Source of the DNA: a virus | DNA: 64,000 nucleotides | Virus record (IMG/VR): IMGVR_UViG_3300047476_000704 | Span: 130,857 to 194,856 of that record | Reading direction: 5' to 3' (one strand) | In this document: piece by piece, positions 39,603 through 48,750 of the stretch | How positions within the stretch are numbered: the first letter of the stretch is position 1 | Layout of the letters: every line of letters starts with the position of its first letter | Notes under the pieces: generated by a model | What the model was told of the DNA's origin: nothing | Databases searched by the model: none | What the model saw: the letters and a program-made list of their open reading frames with translations, nothing else | Translations under genes and position numbers: made by a program

Positions 39603-40261
39603 ATTTTGTCTTTCAAAAAACTAATTGTTTCGTTATGTGCTATTTTAATTGATACTTCTATATCATTTGTTTGTAACATAAAATTGATGAATGCTGATGC
39701 AAAGTAATCACCTGCACCTAACACATTTACTCCATCTATTGTTTTGTGGTTTGTTATGATTGTAGTACCATCCTTTTTGTAAATCGTACTACCCGAATTA
39801 CTATGTAATATAACGCAACCTTTTATTTTATCCAATAGAACATCCAAGTCAATAATATCTTCATCTGAAATGAATAGATAATCTATATAAGTAAGTATAT
39901 CCAAATCAAATTTTCCTTTACCAGCAACATCGGCTGATATGATTGAATTTTGTATAGATTTTACAAACTCTAAATCTTTAATGTGATTTAAGTATAGAAT
40001 ATGACTCCACTTTGCGTCTACTATTTTTGGTTGATTTACTTTTAGATATAAATTGGGTTTAGATACACGTGTATTGTTATCAGTATCCACATAGATTAAA
40101 GCAGTACCAATTGTTGTTGGTTCAATGTGTATTGCTAATTTTTGATTGAGTTTAACTAACGCATCCCATACATTTCCGATTGAACCTATGGATGTAGTTT
40201 GCTCAAACCCATTAAAGATTATATCTTTGGTAAGATTACCATATAATGCTACATCTACCAT
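39599..40261 (-). CDS. PfkB/ribokinase-family sugar kinase
   Basis: NVLGAGDYFASAF signature. Confidence 0.8.
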   Translation of the reverse strand: MVDVALYGNLTKDIIFNGFEQTTSIGSIGNVWDALVKLNQKLAIHIEPTTIGTALIYVDTDNNTRVSKPNLYLKVNQPKIVDAKWSHILYLNHIKDLEFVKSIQNSIISADVAGKGKFDLDILTYIDYLFISDEDIIDLDVLLDKIKGCVILHSNSGSTIYKKDGTTIITNHKTIDGVNVLGAGDYFASAFINFMLQTNDIEVSIKIAHNETISFLKDKI

Positions 40262-40262
40262 A

Positions 40263-40790
40263 TTAAAAAACTTCTTTTTTATCTAATTCGTTTATTTTCT
40301 CCATTATTTCATCAAATTCCACAATTTCAACAATTTTATGTTGTTCGCAAAACTCAAATAAGGATAAAATTACATTTTCTCCACCATTTTTGGGTAAAGT
40401 TATACATTCATCTTTAACCATCAAAGGAGCATCTTTTGTACAAAACGCATAACCAACTTTACGCATTATACCCAAATCAAACAAATCATCACCCACATAA
40501 ATCATATCATCAGCAGTACAATTGTATGTTTTTTCTAATTCTGGGATAAAATCTGCTTTTTCTTTACCTCTACTTAAATAAGTTGGAATATTTCGGTTTT
40601 TACCAATTGCTTCGTTTATATTTGCATCACCCGTTAAGAATATAACTGGAATACCCAATGCTTTGAATCGTTTTATAGATGTCCAATCTTTATCTGCAAA
40701 TGTTTTGGCAAATGGCATACCATCTATACCATAGTATTTCTTACCATCGGTCATTACACCATCAACATCTAATACAACTAACTTTATCAT
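40263..40790 (-). CDS. KdsC-like HAD phosphatase
   Basis: LDVDGVMTDG..D..LTG..K..VGDDLFD..GGE. Confidence 0.88.
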   Translation of the reverse strand: MIKLVVLDVDGVMTDGKKYYGIDGMPFAKTFADKDWTSIKRFKALGIPVIFLTGDANINEAIGKNRNIPTYLSRGKEKADFIPELEKTYNCTADDMIYVGDDLFDLGIMRKVGYAFCTKDAPLMVKDECITLPKNGGENVILSLFEFCEQHKIVEIVEFDEIMEKINELDKKEVF

Positions 40791-40792
40791 AC

Positions 40793-41431
40793 TTAAAATA
40801 ATCTATAAATTTCTTTTAACTCTAAATCTCTTTTTAATATTGCTTCAATTTCTTCATTTTTTGATAATTCGGTAGTTGTTGCTGAAATATAACCATTTAC
40901 CTTAAAATTTGAAATCATAAGATTTTGTTTTCCTAAATTTCTATTCTTTACAAACAACCAATCATCACCACAATAAATTTTCATAGTATCCGGTATTGGA
41001 ATCCAATTTGATTTATGAATAAAGAACGCAGTTCCAAATCCACCAACTCTACCTTCTATTGGAATTAGTTGTAAATTTGTTTGTTTATCTTCTATTGTAT
41101 AATTTGCTTCACACATACCAATACATGCATACTCTTCTGTAACAAATTGAGATAGTGGAGTCATAACACCCCAATCAAACCAAGTATCATCGTTTAGAAC
41201 TAATATTTTATCATATTTAGATAAACTCACACCTTTATTCCACGCTGGGTTTACAAAGGTGTTTTCTTCTTCTAAAATATAATTTAATTTTTCTAAATTT
41301 GGTAAATCGTGCTTAACGCCACTATTATCAATCAGAATTATTTCACCAATGATTGGATTATTGTTTAATTCAATTAAAGTTTCCTCTAATCTATCACATT
41401 TCCACAATGTGGGTATAATAACTGAATACAT
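40793..41431 (-). CDS. glycosyltransferase family 2
   Basis: SVIIPT..IILIDN..NPAWNKG..LNDD..GDDW. Confidence 0.85.
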   Translation of the reverse strand: MYSVIIPTLWKCDRLEETLIELNNNPIIGEIILIDNSGVKHDLPNLEKLNYILEEENTFVNPAWNKGVSLSKYDKILVLNDDTWFDWGVMTPLSQFVTEEYACIGMCEANYTIEDKQTNLQLIPIEGRVGGFGTAFFIHKSNWIPIPDTMKIYCGDDWLFVKNRNLGKQNLMISNFKVNGYISATTTELSKNEEIEAILKRDLELKEIYRLF

Positions 41432-41433
41432 AT

Positions 41434-42009
41434 CTATTTCTTAAAGTAATCTTTTAATGGTTGAATATCCGTTGAGCAAAGTAATGGTGCGATTTCATTT
41501 ATAACATTTGTATCTAAATCCCACCACTTTAATTCCAATAGAAAATCAACATCTTCTTTACTAAATCTCATTTTTCTAACTCTACCTGGATTTCCAGCAA
41601 ATATACTATATGGTGGTACATCTTTTGTTACAACACTATGTGCTCCAATTACTGAACCATCCCCAATCGTAACTCCACTCATAATAACAGCAGATGTTCC
41701 AATGTAAACATCATTACCAATTATAATATCACCCTTTGTTGATGGGTGACCTTTACCATTAAATGTATGAAATTTATCTTTGTGTATGTGACCAAACGGA
41801 TAGGTTGTAATCCAATCTGTTCTATGATTTCTACCCAAATATACTTTTATATCTGCTGCTATTGAACAAAATTTACCGATTTTAACATCAGCACCGTCCA
41901 ATACGGCATGTATATTTTTTTCACCATATGTAAAATCACCTACTTCCACTATTTTCTTTTTAGGATAGTTAAACCATTGTTGTTTGTAAATCGTTCTGCT
42001 ATTTCCCAA
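41434..42009 (-). CDS. hexapeptide-repeat O-acetyltransferase (CatB/Vat-like family)
   Basis: IGKFCSIA..H..ITTYPF..KGDIIIGNDVYIG..IMSGVTIGDG..VVTKDVPPYSI.AGNP. Confidence 0.9.
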   Translation of the reverse strand: MGNSRTIYKQQWFNYPKKKIVEVGDFTYGEKNIHAVLDGADVKIGKFCSIAADIKVYLGRNHRTDWITTYPFGHIHKDKFHTFNGKGHPSTKGDIIIGNDVYIGTSAVIMSGVTIGDGSVIGAHSVVTKDVPPYSIFAGNPGRVRKMRFSKEDVDFLLELKWWDLDTNVINEIAPLLCSTDIQPLKDYFKK

Positions 42010-42509
42010 TCTGGATTTACTTCCAAAAACTCTTCAATTGCTTTCCATAATCCTTTACCCTCTTCAAACCAATCATCACCTGATGTATATCGTTCACCGA
42101 TAAACTCGTAGGATGTTGTATCATGAAATCCTAAATACTTACGAGCTTTGTTTCCGTGTATTTCTAACTCAATCTTTAATTGGTCATAATGATGTAATGT
42201 ATCAATGAATAAAAAATCAGTTTCTTCAATTTCCAAATCACGAGTATCCGCTTGCTGAAAGGAATAGTTGATATTATTTTCATTTGCCAATTCTACAAAT
42301 GTACCTAAACTTGGACATGGGTTGTAATCGTATGAAATTAAAGTTTCCGGCTTACCCATTAAAAATGCGTAAGTAGATGTACCATATCGTACACCCATTT
42401 CGGTAATATGTTTACATTCTTCCGAGTATCTTTTTAATGTAGGTAAATGCTCGTTTATATCAGATGGTATTGAGCATTTTTGCTCGTAAATCGCTTGTAG
42501 TGCTGACAT
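41949..42509 (-). CDS. class I SAM-dependent methyltransferase (Methyltransf_24-like)
   Basis: EMGVRYGTST..FLFIDTLHHY..FHDT..NNNGL. Confidence 0.8.
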   Translation of the reverse strand: MSALQAIYEQKCSIPSDINEHLPTLKRYSEECKHITEMGVRYGTSTYAFLMGKPETLISYDYNPCPSLGTFVELANENNINYSFQQADTRDLEIEETDFLFIDTLHHYDQLKIELEIHGNKARKYLGFHDTTSYEFIGERYTSGDDWFEEGKGLWKAIEEFLEVNPDWEIAERFTNNNGLTILKRK

Positions 42510-43425
42510 TTTTAATTGTTAATTCGTTAATAAAAGGTAAAATTGCCAACTCTTTGGCTTTTGCTTCAACCATAACATCTACATCAATGTTGTAGGTATC
42601 GGGTAGATTTGTAATATAATCACTATGTGCTTGTGGTTTTAGTTTTGCATCATTTTCGTGCAATGATTTACTTTCTGAATAGTGCACAACCGGCTTAACA
42701 CCTGATTTATTCCAAGTAGATACAGCAAGAATAAGAGCTTGTTGTTCGGATAAATCGCCTGTACAAAACTGATGGTGATGGTAATCAAATACAATTGGAA
42801 TACCGATACGATTATGAATATACATTAAATCTTTTACAGAGTACATACTAGCTTTATCGTCATTCTCCACAGTCAATCGTTTCTTTACCGAATCCGAGAG
42901 TTTCTCGAAGTTCTCACAGAATCTATCCATAGCAGATTGTTTATCTCCGTAGACACCATTACAATGAATATTAATCTTATTGTATGGAGATAATTCTAAA
43001 CCCATTAAATCAAACACTTTACCATGTAGTTCTAAATCTACAATTGTGTTTTGAACTACTTTTGGGTTTGGTGAAACTAATACATTGAATGGACCTGGGT
43101 GAGATGTAATACGCAAACCATTTTCTTTAGCATAAGTACCACATCCTTTGAGTACATTTGCAATTTTTGTATAATCTGGTAAATCTTCTAAATTATATTC
43201 ACTACCCCAAGGAAATACATCGGATGAAATACGAAATATTTTAATTCCATTCTTTACATTCCATTTGATAATCTCAAATAGGTCACGCGCATTCTGCAAT
43301 CCTAATTCGGAAGCATAAGCAATACCACGTTCGTTAAATGTTTTTTTGACCATACTACGATTGGTAGTAATACGAGGAGTTTGAGCTCCTAATGTCATAT
43401 TGATACAAGCGTAACCTAAATTCAT
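42460..43425 (-). CDS. uvsE: UV DNA damage endonuclease
   Basis: LGYACIN..FRISS..HPGPF..NIH..VEND..DYHHH..HYSE..AHSD..MVEAKAKE. Confidence 0.95.
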   Translation of the reverse strand: MNLGYACINMTLGAQTPRITTNRSMVKKTFNERGIAYASELGLQNARDLFEIIKWNVKNGIKIFRISSDVFPWGSEYNLEDLPDYTKIANVLKGCGTYAKENGLRITSHPGPFNVLVSPNPKVVQNTIVDLELHGKVFDLMGLELSPYNKINIHCNGVYGDKQSAMDRFCENFEKLSDSVKKRLTVENDDKASMYSVKDLMYIHNRIGIPIVFDYHHHQFCTGDLSEQQALILAVSTWNKSGVKPVVHYSESKSLHENDAKLKPQAHSDYITNLPDTYNIDVDVMVEAKAKELAILPFINELTIKNVSTTSDLRAKMLNTI

Positions 43426-43454
43426 ATTTTATAGTTTATAGTTTAACTGAAAAC

Positions 43455-43486
43455 CAAATATACAAATAATTTTTGAGAAATCCTAA
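43455..43486 (-). promoter_or_regulatory. Bacteroidota-type promoter (uvsE and sugar cluster)
   Basis: TTAG-N20-TATATTTG. Confidence 0.65.
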
Positions 43487-43726
43487 TTAAATTTCCCATT
43501 TATTTTCAGGACAAGCTGTTTTTTCTGGTACGAATACTTTTGCTTTTAAAACACAACCGCATTGTCCACATATTTTAATTTTTCCAAAAATATCACCCGA
43601 TTCGGTTATAAAAGGACAAGTATTACAAGTTTCCAAACGCTTGGCTGCAATGGCTGATTGTTCGGTTGTTGGGTCTACCATAACCCTATACGCATTAAAT
43701 ATTTCCTTTATTTTAGATAAGTTCAT
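43487..43726 (-). CDS. small Cys-rich protein (DUF6171-like)
   Basis: RL..C..C..C..CGC...K.....CP..KW. Confidence 0.6.
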   Translation of the reverse strand: MNLSKIKEIFNAYRVMVDPTTEQSAIAAKRLETCNTCPFITESGDIFGKIKICGQCGCVLKAKVFVPEKTACPENKWEI

Positions 43727-43727
43727 A

Positions 43728-44774
43728 TTAATAATTTTTTGATGTAAAGTCTTCGTTTTCTTTTAATTTATCCAATTCTTTTTGATTTCCATTATAAGTA
43801 CGCATCCAATACTTTATAGCATGTCTATCATTAATCCATAATGATTTATTATCCCAATCAAAATCAGGCAAAGTATAATATGGCGCCTTTGGTGTAATTG
43901 AGACGGTTTCTTCTGAAATTGGCACTTCTTCTTCAATTTGAGTTTCTACAACTTCCTCATCTCCGTAAATTTCATAGTTTTTATCAGCTAGGTCGGTAGC
44001 TAGGTCGTTTGATGGTTCTTCAACAATTTTTTTAGGTTTTTTCTTTGCATCTTGCTCTAATGCGGTGTTAAATGCAATCAAAAGCGTTACCGCCATCGGG
44101 TCAAACACAAAAATTAGTAAAAATATGAAGAATTTTACAACTGAATTGATTGGTAAATCAAATGCTTCGGCAATAAATTTAAATCCGCCGATTTCTCTTT
44201 CCAAATCTAGGTTATTATTCTTAATTTCGTTGATTTTTATGTTCCAAACTGCTATTGAGTCATTCAAAACACCAATTTTAGTAGATAATTTGTTAATTTG
44301 CTTATCTCTGTTATCAATTGAACGGATTAATCGGTTATTTACCTTACCACTACCCAATAAAGTACCTGAATTTTGTTGTAGATTACCCATTTGTGAGTTA
44401 AGTTGGGTAATTTGTTGCTCATTTTGAGTAATTTTACTCTGAAATACACCAATTTCTCTAGTAACCACATCACTTTTTAAGGATGTTGATTGATATGCGT
44501 TTGATAAGAACCCAAAAATACCCGCAGATGTGATTATAACCAATATAAGAACACCCAAAAGTAGGTATGTTCTCAATAATTTGTTAGTTTCTTTCCAAAA
44601 TCGGTGCAAATAAGACGCAGCTATAAGTTTAGCAATCTCCAATGATGTTCCCATCACCCCAACTGCTAAACTTGCGCCACTAAATAATAATGCTAAACCT
44701 GTTACTGAAAAGAATGCTGCACATCCGGCAACTGCGAGTGCCGCTAATCCAACTAATAAAGTAAATGGTTTCAT
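43728..44774 (-). CDS. multi-pass membrane protein with coiled coil
   Basis: Three N-terminal TM segments, coiled coil, TM IFVFDPMAV. Confidence 0.65.
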   Translation of the reverse strand: MKPFTLLVGLAALAVAGCAAFFSVTGLALLFSGASLAVGVMGTSLEIAKLIAASYLHRFWKETNKLLRTYLLLGVLILVIITSAGIFGFLSNAYQSTSLKSDVVTREIGVFQSKITQNEQQITQLNSQMGNLQQNSGTLLGSGKVNNRLIRSIDNRDKQINKLSTKIGVLNDSIAVWNIKINEIKNNNLDLEREIGGFKFIAEAFDLPINSVVKFFIFLLIFVFDPMAVTLLIAFNTALEQDAKKKPKKIVEEPSNDLATDLADKNYEIYGDEEVVETQIEEEVPISEETVSITPKAPYYTLPDFDWDNKSLWINDRHAIKYWMRTYNGNQKELDKLKENEDFTSKNY

Positions 44775-44780
44775 TTGTGT

Positions 44781-44972
44781 TTAGTATGGTCCTTCGTTAT
44801 TCTCTAAATCAACTAGCTCTCTAATCTTTTGAGAGGTATAGCCAATTTCTTCAATTAACTTAATTGCATCTGCTTGGGTTGCTTGCGTTTCACCTTTAGC
44901 TATTTTCATTAAGTAATCTTTACGAACGTCCACTCTTGATAATAATTCTCTAACTTGGTCTCTGTATTTCAT
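44781..44972 (-). CDS. hypothetical protein
   Basis: 63-aa ORF behind its own promoter. Confidence 0.55.
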   Translation of the reverse strand: MKYRDQVRELLSRVDVRKDYLMKIAKGETQATQADAIKLIEEIGYTSQKIRELVDLENNEGPY

Positions 44973-45000
44973 AAAACATTTCTTTATTATAAGTATTATA

Positions 45001-45030
45001 AAAAATAAAAGGGTAGAAAATCCACCCTCT
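45001..45030 (-). terminator. intrinsic terminator after hsp20
   Basis: AGGGTGGA-TTT-TCTACCCT followed by TTTATTTTT. Confidence 0.7.
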
Positions 45031-45035
45031 TATTA

Positions 45036-45067
45036 CAAATATACGAAACAAATTTTACTTTAACAAC
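45036..45067 (-). promoter_or_regulatory. Bacteroidota-type promoter
   Basis: GTTG-N20-TATATTTG. Confidence 0.6.
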
Positions 45068-45438
45068 TTTATTGGTAGTTTTTTTGCTAATGTATCCTCT
45101 TTCTTTGGAATAACGATTAAAAGGATACCATTTTTGATTGAGCACTCTGCCTTTTCTAAATCGTAATCTTTGTTGATTGTAATTGTATCATCAATTTCTT
45201 TGATTAAATTGGATTGGATACTCTCAACATCTTCTTTTTTAGCCTTTACCTTTAAAACATTGTTGTTGGCTTCTACTGTAACATCTTGTTGTCCATATCC
45301 CAGCACAGAATAGGCAATTTCTAATTGTACATCATCTTTTGATTGATATACCGCGTTGTGTGATAAACGAACTACCGAAGATTTTTCGGTTGTTGGTGTG
45401 TTTTGTAATCTACTCATTTCTTGTAATAATTCAAACAT
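45055..45438 (-). CDS. small heat-shock protein (Hsp20/alpha-crystallin)
   Basis: G...DVTVEANNNVLKV..A...KNGILLIVIPK. Confidence 0.85.
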   Translation of the reverse strand: MFELLQEMSRLQNTPTTEKSSVVRLSHNAVYQSKDDVQLEIAYSVLGYGQQDVTVEANNNVLKVKAKKEDVESIQSNLIKEIDDTITINKDYDLEKAECSIKNGILLIVIPKKEDTLAKKLPIKLLK

Positions 45439-45485
45439 AGTATTTTTATTTTTAGGTTAAACAATTAAATTATACCAACATAATA

Positions 45486-45525
45486 TCAATTGTTGTACCA
45501 ATTATAAAACCCTGACAATTTGTCA
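45486..45525 (-). promoter_or_regulatory. sigma54-like element plus TGACA-N3-TGTCA palindrome upstream of hsp20
   Basis: TGGTAC-N5-TTGA at 45500-45486; palindrome at 45513-45525. Confidence 0.4.
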
Positions 45526-45528
45526 TAA

Positions 45529-46173
45529 TTATTCATTAGTTTGTGACTCAATTACAGTGCTCATGTGGTCAGCCCAATGCATAATGTAAGGAATTTTATA
45601 TTTCATTCGCTTGGTAGTATCAAATACTTTCAAATACTTAACATTATCTTCGTCATACATACCATCTGTAAGTTTCATCCCAAAGTATTCAGCTTCTGAA
45701 ACTTCAATACCATATTGTTGTAATAAAAACATAGTTCTATCCGTATGAGTCATATGAGATAACTCTGGATTAGGGATATAAACTTTACCTTGATTCTTTA
45801 CATGCCATTCGGATTGATTTACAACATAGTATGGTTTTCCTTTTGTACCCAATTTACCCAAGTCGTGATGTAATGCACAAAAGATTAGTTCTTCATCGGT
45901 AAAGTCAGTGTCACCACCCATAGATACAAATAGTTCCTTTACTTTTAAAGCATTCTTACATACATTAAAAATATGGTCAATGTATCCACCTTCATAGCAA
46001 TTATGGTATCCCTTATTTCCGCTTGCAGGTGAAAGAGCTAAACTAATTCCCAATTCTTCTTCGGAATACATTCGTAATAGTTTTTCTAATCTATCACCAG
46101 TAAAATATTTGTTGATGATACCAATAAATCTTTCGTAATTTTTTTGTAATTGCTCGTCTGTGTATTTTTTCAT
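45529..46173 (-). CDS. HD-domain phosphohydrolase (YhaM-like)
   Basis: HNCYEGG..DH..HHDLGK..H..DG..HWAD. Confidence 0.8.
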   Translation of the reverse strand: MKKYTDEQLQKNYERFIGIINKYFTGDRLEKLLRMYSEEELGISLALSPASGNKGYHNCYEGGYIDHIFNVCKNALKVKELFVSMGGDTDFTDEELIFCALHHDLGKLGTKGKPYYVVNQSEWHVKNQGKVYIPNPELSHMTHTDRTMFLLQQYGIEVSEAEYFGMKLTDGMYDEDNVKYLKVFDTTKRMKYKIPYIMHWADHMSTVIESQTNE

Positions 46174-46175
46174 AA

Positions 46176-46502
46176 CTATTTTTTCTTTTGTACTAAATCT
46201 TCTTGTGTAATTATCTTATAAAGTAACTCTACATCTTCTTCGGTTTCCAACAAAGGTAGTTCGCCATAATCAAATACGGAAATTTTATATTCACCTTTTT
46301 TTACACCAATAATGTTACATTCATCGGATGCAGTTGATAATAGAGCTGGTCTAGCACTCATATCTCCTTCCCAATTATTGGGTAATGGCAAAATATAGTA
46401 GTGATAAACTTCACCAGTTTCCTCACTTTCTTCTTCGTGTTTGATAGCATTCCATTTTTTAAAGGAAGCATCTGTAATAGGTGTTTTTGGAAATGTTAGC
46501 AT
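46176..46502 (-). CDS. hypothetical protein
   Basis: 108-aa ORF behind promoter at 46531-46562. Confidence 0.6.
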   Translation of the reverse strand: MLTFPKTPITDASFKKWNAIKHEEESEETGEVYHYYILPLPNNWEGDMSARPALLSTASDECNIIGVKKGEYKISVFDYGELPLLETEEDVELLYKIITQEDLVQKKK

Positions 46503-46530
46503 GAAATAATTGACATCTTTAATTTGAACT

Positions 46531-46562
46531 CAAAGTTACAAAATTTTGAGCACATTGTCAAA
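46531..46562 (-). promoter_or_regulatory. Bacteroidota-type promoter
   Basis: TTTG-N20-TAACTTTG. Confidence 0.75.
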
Positions 46563-46575
46563 TAATTTCAGACAT

Positions 46576-46989
46576 TTATTTTTGAGTTGTTACCAATGTA
46601 GGTTCAGTTTGTTTTTTAGCTCTTTTTCTTTTTGGTTTTACAGCTATTAACTCTTTAACTTTAAGGTCAGCAATAAGGTCTCTGATTTCAGCGCATATTT
46701 CATACTCTTCCGTTTTTTCATAGTATTTAATTATTTGAGCTAAAAACAAAGTATAATCCTTTGATTTGATAGTTGCATAGATTTTTGTTTCTTGAAATCG
46801 TAGGATAGCAACCTCATCCAGCTTATGTTCAAGTGAATACTTTATAGTATCGTAAAGATGTGGGAATATAGTATCTTTATTATCGGAAATATATTTCTTA
46901 ACGGATTCCGAAGCATCCTCTCCAAAATAATCTTTCCAGTCAACTTTAGCGTACATATCCGTAATTTTTAATAACTTTCGTACATCCAT
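46576..46989 (-). CDS. hypothetical protein with UVR-like segment
   Basis: EEYEICAEIRDLI. Confidence 0.55.
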   Translation of the reverse strand: MDVRKLLKITDMYAKVDWKDYFGEDASESVKKYISDNKDTIFPHLYDTIKYSLEHKLDEVAILRFQETKIYATIKSKDYTLFLAQIIKYYEKTEEYEICAEIRDLIADLKVKELIAVKPKRKRAKKQTEPTLVTTQK

Positions 46990-47017
46990 ATTCTTTCAAT
47001 AAATATAAAGCGTTTGA

Positions 47018-48613
47018 TTAAAACTTTAAGAAATCTGAATTTGCGGATTTTAAAGTATCTACTGTTTGGGTTGCTGCGTTTTTAATCATATTTAATCCTT
47101 CACCTATACTAACATTTCCTATTGTTGAAATTGTTGATTTACCAAATTCTGCTACATTACTTACTTTATTAGATATACCTTTTGCCTGTGATGCTAATGA
47201 TACAACATTTGATTGTGCTTGCGATGCTAATGATGTAGCTTTATTAGCTATATTTTTTGCTTGTGATTGGGCTTGTGATGCCAAAGTTGTAACTTTTCCA
47301 ATTGCGTTTTGCGCATTATTGGCAGCATCTTGAACTTTATCCAAAGCGTTTCCAGCTGAATCTATTGTTTCACCTAATGCTTTCAGTTTAATAAGATTTC
47401 TTTTTGGTATAACAATCGCTTTAGCTGGATTTTTTATTTCAATTTTTGGTATTACTGGCTTTTTAAATATACTAATTACATTACTAACGGCTCCGGTTGC
47501 AGTATCCTTTGCATTAGATAATCCACCTTGAATACCTGCAGAAAGTGCCGCAGCTCCGGCTTGTGCTTGGGCTTGCGCATTTGCACCGGCAATAAGTGCC
47601 ATATTTTTAAATTCTTCGGCTTGCTTTAATGCTTTTTGTGCTTTTAATTGTGCAACTTTATCTACACCAGCACTAATACCACCTACTAAAGCCGCTCCTG
47701 CGGCTAATCCACCAGTAAACGATGATAATCCAGCCAAATTTCTACTTACACCATTTATTAAATTCGTATCTACCCCAAGTCCATCAATAATTTTACCTAC
47801 CGATTGTAATAAATTTGTATTTGGTGCGCCTTTTGTATCGGATGTTATATTTTTTGAATAAACTGAATTTACTTCTTGTAAACTTTTACCTGCGAAATCT
47901 TTTATAAAATCATTTAATTGGCTAACTGCACCAAATGTATTAGATTCTAATGATATGTTTGATGTACTATTTAATAAACCTTCCTTAAATTTACCAGCCG
48001 AATCAAAATATTCTGTTTCATATAAATAAGACCCTTTGATTCTACTACTGGAGTAATTCCGCGCGTTTACAATATTTTCGGTAACTAATTCTACATTTTT
48101 TTCTACAAATATAACCTCATCTTGCTCATCAAATAAAAATAAAATTTGTTTTATTATTGACTCATCATCCGGTTGTCCCGATTCCTTAAACCCAGCGTAA
48201 TTGGTAATTGATGTTACGCCAGCATCTTCCAATTTAGATAAAATAGCAGAACCTTTTGGTTTTTCAAATTTATCTTTTAAATATTTTATTAAAGAGCTAC
48301 CGGTACTTGTAAAATCTAATTTAATTACAGTAATTTGGTCAATTGTATAATATGGATTATTTTCATTATATGCGATTTGTAAATCCTTATAGATGTGTTG
48401 TGGTATATATATATTTTGAGGAAAATCTCCACCAACTATTTGAATACCAAAGTTTACATTTTTTTTTGGAGATACAAACACTTTATAATTGAGTTGTGCA
48501 TCCGGATTTTTTGTTGGTAATACAATATTGTTTACTTCAAAATCACCCTGCAACTCAATACTTTCTCTATCTCCTGGAAGATAAAACCCATATGTGTTTG
48601 TTACATTCTTCAC
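47018..48613 (-). CDS. hypothetical protein with Ala/Gln-rich amphipathic repeats (GTG start)
   Basis: SLASQAQS-type repeats in the C-terminal third. Confidence 0.6.
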   Translation of the reverse strand: MKNVTNTYGFYLPGDRESIELQGDFEVNNIVLPTKNPDAQLNYKVFVSPKKNVNFGIQIVGGDFPQNIYIPQHIYKDLQIAYNENNPYYTIDQITVIKLDFTSTGSSLIKYLKDKFEKPKGSAILSKLEDAGVTSITNYAGFKESGQPDDESIIKQILFLFDEQDEVIFVEKNVELVTENIVNARNYSSSRIKGSYLYETEYFDSAGKFKEGLLNSTSNISLESNTFGAVSQLNDFIKDFAGKSLQEVNSVYSKNITSDTKGAPNTNLLQSVGKIIDGLGVDTNLINGVSRNLAGLSSFTGGLAAGAALVGGISAGVDKVAQLKAQKALKQAEEFKNMALIAGANAQAQAQAGAAALSAGIQGGLSNAKDTATGAVSNVISIFKKPVIPKIEIKNPAKAIVIPKRNLIKLKALGETIDSAGNALDKVQDAANNAQNAIGKVTTLASQAQSQAKNIANKATSLASQAQSNVVSLASQAKGISNKVSNVAEFGKSTISTIGNVSIGEGLNMIKNAATQTVDTLKSANSDFLKF

Positions 48614-48615
48614 TA

Positions 48616-48750
48616 TTATCTACCTTGTCCTCTATACTTCTTTGGTTTTTCTTCGTATTTACCATACGATTTCTTTGCCTTACCTTTACCTCTCTTACCG
48701 AAAGTTACTTTTTTGTTGCTAGAACCAACACTTACTTTAGCTTTTGCCAT
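48616..48750 (-). CDS. 44-aa very basic protein ending KKYRGQGR (not in track)
   Basis: MAKAKVSVGSSNKKVTFGKRGKGKAKKSYGKYEEKPKKYRGQGR; late motif at 48778. Confidence 0.7.
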   Translation of the reverse strand: MAKAKVSVGSSNKKVTFGKRGKGKAKKSYGKYEEKPKKYRGQGR

